Made by a program: the position numbers and the translations under genes
The notes under the pieces: model-generated
The model's input: only the letters and a program-made list of their open reading frames with translations
Database searches by the model: none
What the model was told of the DNA's origin: nothing
Source: Promethearchaeota archaeon
GTDB taxonomy: Archaea > Asgardarchaeota > Lokiarchaeia > Sigyniarchaeales > SOKP01
Assembly (NCBI GenBank): GCA_048940645.1
Contig: JBHLOI010000039.1
Span: 1-33,945, forward strand
DNA: 33,945 bases
Reading direction: 5' to 3'
Shown here: piece by piece, positions 27,575-33,945 of the stretch
How the letters are laid out: each line of letters starts with the position of its first letter
How positions within the stretch are numbered: position 1 is the stretch's first letter

Positions 27575-28123
27575 ATGGTAAAAATATCTGATATCAAGGT
27601 TGGAGATGTTATTAAGAATGAATTTGAGGGAATTACACGAGAGTTATTAAGAGCATATGCTAAAGCCTCAGGAGACACTAATCCTATCCATACAAATGAT
27701 GAAATAGCAATTAGGGCAGGGTTAAAAGGAATAATTGCACATGGGCTCTTTAGTTTTGGCTTTATTACCAAATTATTTGAAGATTTTCTTGAACACGGCA
27801 AGTTTGGAAAACTTATAGAAACTGATGTAGAAATGAGAGGTATGGTGAGGTGTGGGGATCTACTTATTACAAAAGGGGAGGTTACCAAAATTGAAGGAAA
27901 AAGAGTTTCTTTTAATGTAAATCAGACAACTTTTACTAATATTGACATTAAAGATAACAAAGGAAATATTGTAAAACAATTTGAGGCAGGTGAAAGAGGA
28001 TACATTTCAGAAAAAGATATAGAACGAGGTCTAGTAAAAACCAAAGAAGTTCCTGAAGGTATTCTTTCATATAGAGAGCGTGTCGCTACACCAGGTTCTG
28101 TTATCATAGAATTATATGAGTAA
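27575..28123 (+). CDS. MaoC-family (R)-specific enoyl-thioester hydratase/dehydratase (HadB-type catalytic subunit)
   Basis: YA.ASGD.NPIH.....A...G...IIAHG hydratase-2 motif; GGAGGT SD before ATG 27575. Confidence 0.88.
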   Translation: MVKISDIKVGDVIKNEFEGITRELLRAYAKASGDTNPIHTNDEIAIRAGLKGIIAHGLFSFGFITKLFEDFLEHGKFGKLIETDVEMRGMVRCGDLLITKGEVTKIEGKRVSFNVNQTTFTNIDIKDNKGNIVKQFEAGERGYISEKDIERGLVKTKEVPEGILSYRERVATPGSVIIELYE

Positions 28124-28296
28124 ATTAATTTCAATTTTTTTAAATTTTATAATTTATTTTCTTTTTATTTTTATACTCATTAACTTTAAAAAATCAAATT
28201 GCTATGTTATTTTTGAAATAACATTTTTATAGTTTTACGACAAAAGAGTTTATTGCAAGTAATCAAATTAAAATAGAATAAAGTCAAATAATTGTA

Positions 28297-31230
28297 TTGA
28301 AATCTGTTAGCTTAGACGAAGAAAAATTAAAAGATTTGATATTAAGCGGTAAGTACGAAAAAGCCGCAGATGAGATTTTTGATATTTTAGAAAATCAAGA
28401 TAGTTCAGATAAGGAAATAATATACAAAAGTTTGAATTTATTAAATTTAATTTGTGATAAATCTCCTTCCATTTCAGAACGCGTAGTTAAAAACATTAAT
28501 TTAATTATAAATGATGCAAATTCTTGGATTCGACTAGTTTCTTTAGAGATTCTTTACCAAATTTCATTATATCGCCCAAATCTACTATTAGATCTTATAG
28601 AAAAAATCAGAAATCGTTTTTATGATCAAGAATCTGCTGTCCGAAGATTATCAGTTAAAATAATTGGTAATTTAATTATATCACTTTATATTGATCGCGA
28701 GGATTTAAAAACAATTATCGAGGAATTCACAGAAAAGCTAATGGATAATGATTGGAAGGTTAAACTAGAAGTTATCAAAACTGTAAAAAAAATATTAAAC
28801 CAAGATTATACAAAAATTAGAGATCTAGAACCCTTATTATCAATCGTAATTGTAAATCTTAGAGACGAGGATGATGATGTTGCTAGATCTGCTGCAGAAT
28901 TGCTTAAAATTATAGGTACTTATTTTCTGTCCAAGGAAAAAATTATGTATATCCTCTTAAACCTATTGTACAATGAGGAATCTCGAGTAAAAGAGTTGAT
29001 TATATGGTTATTTGGAGAAATTGGTAAAGAAAAATCTTCAGAAATAATCCCTGTTATTCCCAAATTAATTAGTCTTCTAATGAAAGATAATTATCGAATT
29101 CAGATCAAGGTAATAGATGCACTTGTAAGTATTGCTCAAAATAATTTTGATCAAATTTGGTCAAATTTAATTAATACTCTTTATACTACAAGCGACATGG
29201 ATTTTAAAAATGTAATAATTAATGCACTCTATCATCTAAGTCAGAATAGCATCACTAAAATCTTTAATTACATCTTTGAAGAACTCGAAAATCCGTCTGA
29301 AAATGTTAGAGATGCTGTTGCTTTGGTTTTCAAACGATTATTTGAAGAATATCAAGTCGAGATTGAAAATGAAATTACAAAAATATTGTATCGATTAGAA
29401 TCTAAATATTGGAGAGAACGAAAAAAAGCTCTAAATCTACTTGGTAATATTTGCTTTATTTTAGAGAGTAAAAAAATTGCGGTTTGGCTTTATGTTGAAT
29501 TAGAAAAAAGGTTTAAAATTGAAACCGATCCTGATGTAAGAGAAGAAATTTTATTTACTTTGAAGAATATTCAGCTTAATTTTAGCAAAATCGATAAAAT
29601 CATTCAAAAGGTAAACGAAGATTTGGATAATTTTCATAAGACAATTAAGGAATTTCAGAGAATACCTGCTCAATTTCGTGAAAAAATGAACTCATACATA
29701 AAAGAATTCAAATTTCATGAAACTGAAATTAAATTAAATAACATTTATTCTGATATCGTCAAGAGGATAAAGAAATTCAATAAAAGGATAAACAAATTCG
29801 AATATAAAAGACTCGCATTTAATTTAATCGAAGATTGGCAAGAGACCAAATTAATTATTATTGATGAATTAAGTATAATAAAAGGTTTCATTTCTGAAAT
29901 ATTTGAAGAAAAAAAGACGGAATTTACATTAAATCTAAAGTCAAGAATTAAAGTTCTTTCAGATAGAATCTCAGTATTAAATGCTCAATTTGAATTTATC
30001 AAAAATTATAAATTTCCAGATAATTTAGACCGTATTTTAATGAACCAGACTCAAGATAAAGAATTAGAAGAACGGCTTACTCAGATCACTCAAATGAGAA
30101 ATTATTTATTTAGACTAGATGATGATATTAGAGAAATTCTGGTAGATAATGTAGAATTTAATGAAATTTTCAAAGATTTATTGAGAAATTGGGTTGCTAC
30201 AAAAATCCAAATCCAAGAATATTTAAGCGATTTAGATAAGAAAATAAAGCAAATTAAAGATAATATAGTAGATTACTTTATAGAAACAACTAAAGATGAT
30301 ACTCAAGAATTAAAAATTAATGGGATTAAAAATGAGTTAGGTTTCCAATTATTTCAAGGACATATTCAATCGATTATTACTCAGAGTATTGAAGGCTTTA
30401 AACGATTTAATGAGAGTTTTAAAAAATTAGATTCTAAATTAGAGATATTAATTCAAAAAAGTGAATTTTCTGATGCTAAAAAACTAATTGAAATGAACTC
30501 AAACCAAATTCAAAATTTCATTGAAGATTATGAAGCCCAGATTGATAATATTATAGGTAAAGTTGTTGAAGATAAAAATGATATTTTTAATTTATATGTA
30601 CGACCTTATATTACAAAATTTGTGTCCTCAAAAGAGTTCCTTATCAATAAGCTAAAAATTTTTTCAGAGAAGGGATACAATAAAATATATTTAAACCAAA
30701 TAAAATATTATTTAGAAGTAATAAATCCAATTAACTTAGAAAATTTAGCATTATATTTAGAAGTAGATATTGAATATCTAAAAGATTTAATCCTAAATTA
30801 CATTCATAAGAAAAAATTAAAAGCCAAAATTATAAATGATAATCTTTATTCACCAAAAATCGAAGAGGATTTTATTGAAGCAAAGGATTTGCTCTTTTTC
30901 AAAAACATTAAAACAATAGGAAATAAAATGTATTTAAACTTTAAGTTGAATAACCCTTCTAATTTCAATTTTCGAGAAATCCAGATTTCACTCAAGATTC
31001 CATCCTATCTTTCATTTATCAAGAAAGAAAGCTTCCCTAGCTATTTATATCTGAATGAGTTAAAATCTGGTAGTGTTTTTAAATTTAATTACGTTCTTAA
31101 AATCGACAGAAATATTGAGAAAAATTTAGCAGATCCTACAGTGGATGAGATCAACCTCAATCTATATTATAGAGACCCGTTTGATATCACTCGCAAAACA
31201 ACAAAAAAAATTGATCTCCTTCTGCCCTAA
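28297..31230 (+). CDS. HEAT/ARM-repeat protein with coiled-coil middle, PCI-like winged helix and C-terminal Ig-like (appendage-like) domain
   Basis: Repeated L.D.....VR..A...L..I units over about 420 aa; INLENLA..L.V....L..LI...I...KLKAKI PCI pattern; L.F.L.NPS......I.I.L..P...L..L..G....F.Y.L beta-sandwich. Confidence 0.8.
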   Translation: MKSVSLDEEKLKDLILSGKYEKAADEIFDILENQDSSDKEIIYKSLNLLNLICDKSPSISERVVKNINLIINDANSWIRLVSLEILYQISLYRPNLLLDLIEKIRNRFYDQESAVRRLSVKIIGNLIISLYIDREDLKTIIEEFTEKLMDNDWKVKLEVIKTVKKILNQDYTKIRDLEPLLSIVIVNLRDEDDDVARSAAELLKIIGTYFLSKEKIMYILLNLLYNEESRVKELIIWLFGEIGKEKSSEIIPVIPKLISLLMKDNYRIQIKVIDALVSIAQNNFDQIWSNLINTLYTTSDMDFKNVIINALYHLSQNSITKIFNYIFEELENPSENVRDAVALVFKRLFEEYQVEIENEITKILYRLESKYWRERKKALNLLGNICFILESKKIAVWLYVELEKRFKIETDPDVREEILFTLKNIQLNFSKIDKIIQKVNEDLDNFHKTIKEFQRIPAQFREKMNSYIKEFKFHETEIKLNNIYSDIVKRIKKFNKRINKFEYKRLAFNLIEDWQETKLIIIDELSIIKGFISEIFEEKKTEFTLNLKSRIKVLSDRISVLNAQFEFIKNYKFPDNLDRILMNQTQDKELEERLTQITQMRNYLFRLDDDIREILVDNVEFNEIFKDLLRNWVATKIQIQEYLSDLDKKIKQIKDNIVDYFIETTKDDTQELKINGIKNELGFQLFQGHIQSIITQSIEGFKRFNESFKKLDSKLEILIQKSEFSDAKKLIEMNSNQIQNFIEDYEAQIDNIIGKVVEDKNDIFNLYVRPYITKFVSSKEFLINKLKIFSEKGYNKIYLNQIKYYLEVINPINLENLALYLEVDIEYLKDLILNYIHKKKLKAKIINDNLYSPKIEEDFIEAKDLLFFKNIKTIGNKMYLNFKLNNPSNFNFREIQISLKIPSYLSFIKKESFPSYLYLNELKSGSVFKFNYVLKIDRNIEKNLADPTVDEINLNLYYRDPFDITRKTTKKIDLLLP

Positions 31231-31422
31231 AAGTTAATCAATATACTATTCACTCTTATCGAAAAATTCGATAGATATATTGAAGGAATGAATCAATTAA
31301 TAAATAAGTATTAATTCTGAAATATATAAATTACAAAATCTAACTATAAATTAAGAATTTCAATTAAATCTTGATAAAGACAATCTTAAATATTTCTTGA
31401 TTAGAAAGATTAGAGGTGAAAT

Positions 31423-32451
31423 ATGGAAAAAGAAAAAGAGTATAGACTAACTTCACAAGTTAAAATACATGGATGATCATGCAAACTTGGCTCAAATAGT
31501 TTAGAAAATTTACTGCAAAACGCTGGTTTAGTAGGAAATTTTGAAGACGCTGCTATATTACCAGTCCCAAATAGCGATTTGGTCCTAGTAAAAAACTTGG
31601 ATATTTTTACTCCAATCGTAGATGAGCCAGAAGTCCAGGGCGAAATAGCTGCGTGTAATGTAACAAATGATATCTTTGCAATGAATGTACCTGAAATTTC
31701 TGGAATGCTAGTTTTTCTTGGTATTAATACAATTATGCCTATAGAAATCGCTGAAAAAATACTGATTGGTATAAAAAGTTTCATGGAGAAAAAGTTAAAC
31801 TCAAAAATAGTTGGTGGACACACTATATATTCTGAATGGCCGTTAATAGGCGGAGAGGCATCGGGATACGTCCATAGAAATTTGGTTATTAAAAAACAAG
31901 GAGTCAAAGAAGGAGATAAATTAATCCTTACAAAACCAATAGGATTACAAGCTATAATGGCCGCCTACAGACTTTTAAAAGATTTTCCAGAAATGCTAGA
32001 AAAATATTCAAAAGATGAGTTAATGAAGTCTATCGAATTTGCTATTGAATTGATGACCACACCCAACCAAAACGTTGTAAAAACAATACATTCTTACAAA
32101 GATTTCTCTTTCATACATGCTATGTCTGATGTAACAGGATTCGGATTAGCAGGTCATACAAAGGAAATGTTACAAAATTCTAAGTTATCAGCAGTTTTAG
32201 AAAAAGTTCCTTCAATAAAATTATCAAAAGAGCTCTCAAATGAATTAGGTTATGCTTTTGATGATTGTACATGTCATGAGACTGCTGGAGGTATGTTGAT
32301 GGCTGTTGACCCTACTAAATCAGAAGAATTTTCTAATACGCTTTATAGTAATGGGATTAATAATTGGATCGTGGGAACCATCGACTCTAAAAAACCAGGA
32401 ACTGTTAGAGTTGATAAAAACATAGAAAATATTGAAATAAAAACCTTATAA
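31423..32451 (+). CDS. selD: Selenide, water dikinase (selenophosphate synthetase), selenocysteine-containing, 342 aa
   Basis: SD GAGGTGA then ATG 31423: MEKEKEYRLTSQVKIHG-U-SCKLG, with TGA 31474-31476 at the catalytic Cys/Sec position. In frame with EDAA, DIFTPIVD.P...G.IAA.N...DIFAM, GGHT, LTKPIG, SDVTGFGLAGH, ETAGG.L. Confidence 0.97.
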
Positions 32452-32525
32452 AGATGTCATTGATATAAACTTAAACACCTTTATGGTGATTGTTTATGGA
32501 GAAATCCACCTGCGAGGTGGCATCT
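32452..32525 (+). promoter_or_regulatory. Eukaryote-like (type II) SECIS element in the selD 3' UTR
   Basis: Basal helix AGATGTCAT/GTGGCATCT; core UGAU (32461-64)/GGAG (32498-501) with tandem G.A; helix ATAAAC/GTTTAT; unpaired AAA (32473-75); mini-stem CACC/GGTG. Confidence 0.88.
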
Positions 32526-32539
32526 AGAAATATAATGAA

Positions 32540-33328
32540 TTATTCCTTAATTTTTCCATTTAGATCTAATACTATTTTTCTAGCTTCATTTAGAGCTTTA
32601 TCAACTAATTCTTCCCCATTATCTACATTGAAACAGGTAATAGAAACCTCAACTTCTACTGATAAACCTATTCTAGGATGTGTTTTAATCCAAAGTTGTG
32701 GATATTTTTCTTCTAATTTGGTAATATAGGGTGCAATTTGGCTTTCACCAATTCCAGAAAAAAGAAATCCTCTTTCAACAAATTTGCCTTGTTTTTCTCT
32801 TAAAAATGGCGTTATGACATTTCGAAATATGGCCTTCATTTCTGCTGGAACTCCAGGAAGTATAAAAATTATAGTACTTTCTTCCGATATCTTGACTCCA
32901 GGGGCTGTGCCTACAGTATTTGGTAAGGGAGTGGAACCTTGAGGGAGGTATGCCATCTTTTCTCGCTCTTTTGTCATTCCTTCAAGTTTTAAAAAGCCTC
33001 TCTTATAAGCCCTTTCATATACTTTTTTAATGGCATTATAAGCATGTTCATTTAATTCTAACTTTCTATTCAAACCCTTTGCTATACCTTCTAAAGTCAT
33101 ATCATCGAAGGTTGGACCTATACCTCCTGAAGTTATAATTATATCTGGTTTTCGTTTTATAATATCTTGTATAGTAGATGATATCAAGTCTAACTCATCT
33201 CCAATAGTAGTGATTCGCTTTAGTATGTGTCCATATTTTGCAATTCTTTTGGCCATCCAATTTGAATTAGTATCTTGTGTTTTTCCAATTAGAATTTCAT
33301 TTCCAACGACTAAAATTTCGACATGCAT
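32540..33328 (-). CDS. cinA: CinA N-terminal-like molybdopterin-binding (COG1058) pyrophosphatase-type protein
   Basis: VGNEILIG...DTNS, IGD, SGGIGPTFDDMT, GTAPG, LPGVPAEM, GIGES.IA, IKTHP. No PncC domain. Confidence 0.88.
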   Translation of the reverse strand: MHVEILVVGNEILIGKTQDTNSNWMAKRIAKYGHILKRITTIGDELDLISSTIQDIIKRKPDIIITSGGIGPTFDDMTLEGIAKGLNRKLELNEHAYNAIKKVYERAYKRGFLKLEGMTKEREKMAYLPQGSTPLPNTVGTAPGVKISEESTIIFILPGVPAEMKAIFRNVITPFLREKQGKFVERGFLFSGIGESQIAPYITKLEEKYPQLWIKTHPRIGLSVEVEVSITCFNVDNGEELVDKALNEARKIVLDLNGKIKE

Positions 33329-33607
33329 TCTATTTCAAATCCTTTTATTAAATTTTTAAATAATTCTCAATACAATAATATTATTATAATTTTAAATAGA
33401 ATATGATTACTTGTTATTATCCAAGTGGTTTAATTTATGAACGATATCGAAGATATTAAACCAAGAGCTACTTTTCCCTCGCTCTGGTTCTTATTAGAAA
33501 TTGAGGAAAAAACGAGATAATTTCCTTCGTTTTTCCAATAATAAACTTGAAATCATATAAAACATTCGATTAATAATACTTGAACTATTGAAGATAATTT
33601 TATAGCT

Positions 33608-33945
33608 ATGACTATTGAAATTGATGATGCTGGAACTGGGGATTTAGTAGGCGATGCTTTTATTGGGTTATTAAGAAAAGAAACAGGAGAGCTTATTTTT
33701 AAAACACTCCCAGTAGAATTATTTCAAAATCCTGATTGGAAAAACAAAATGCCATATAAGAAAACGCTAGCTTTAGTTAAGGATGGATTAAAGGAATTAA
33801 ATTTTATTAAAGATAAGGAGAAAATACTAATTTGTCGAGGAAATATCTTTGATGAGGTTAGGAATTACTTTGATGAGGAAGGAATTCTATATGAACAAGA
33901 AATAATTGAGGGCAAATTACAAGATGCAGTAGAAGGCAGGTTATT
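33608..33945 (+). CDS. Conserved hypothetical protein with RNase H-like N-terminal motif, 3'-partial
   Basis: MTIEIDDAGTGDLVGDAFIG...ICRGNIF...IEGKLQDAVE; the frame is open to the window end and absent from the ORF track. Confidence 0.75.
   Translation, partial: MTIEIDDAGTGDLVGDAFIGLLRKETGELIFKTLPVELFQNPDWKNKMPYKKTLALVKDGLKELNFIKDKEKILICRGNIFDEVRNYFDEEGILYEQEIIEGKLQDAVEGRL

Noticed and set aside
18383-28134. Antisense track ORFs at 18383, 19088, 19388, 20899, 22212, 24213, 26603, 27532 and 27922
   Set aside because: Shadows of real genes on the opposite strand.
31423-31578. selD as a nonsense pseudogene or starting at TTG 31579
   Set aside because: The TGA falls exactly at the catalytic Cys/Sec position and a SECIS follows the gene.
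31410-31907. 165-aa minus-strand ORF
   Set aside because: Antisense to selD, whose frame carries all family motifs.
32490-32729. 79-aa plus-strand ORF
   Set aside because: Overlaps the SECIS and is antisense to the cinA-like gene.

Overview
AT-rich chromosomal segment of an Asgard archaeon, most likely Lokiarchaeia. The lineage call is an inference from an archaeal histone, a proteasome beta subunit, a coiled-coil RING-finger protein, a HEAT/PCI protein, methanofuran genes mfnF/mfnE, and a selenocysteine-containing SelD followed by a eukaryote-type 3'-UTR SECIS. The right half (16.6-33.9 kb) is mostly housekeeping or conserved Asgard genes: hxlB, type II pantothenate kinase, DUF362, asd, NOG1 GTPase, mfnF/E, a MaoC pair, selD and a CinA-like gene. 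The stretch from about 5.2 to 16.4 kb is accessory and contains several decayed gene relics around the histone gene and a large secreted beta-rich protein. The ORF track misses: the true selD start (in-frame UGA at 31474) and its SECIS; two likely ATT/ATA-initiated N-terminal extensions; a small ORF or frameshifted C-terminus at 9660-9857; four or five pseudogene fragments; and the partial gene at the right edge. No tRNA, rRNA, CRISPR array or transposase was recognised.
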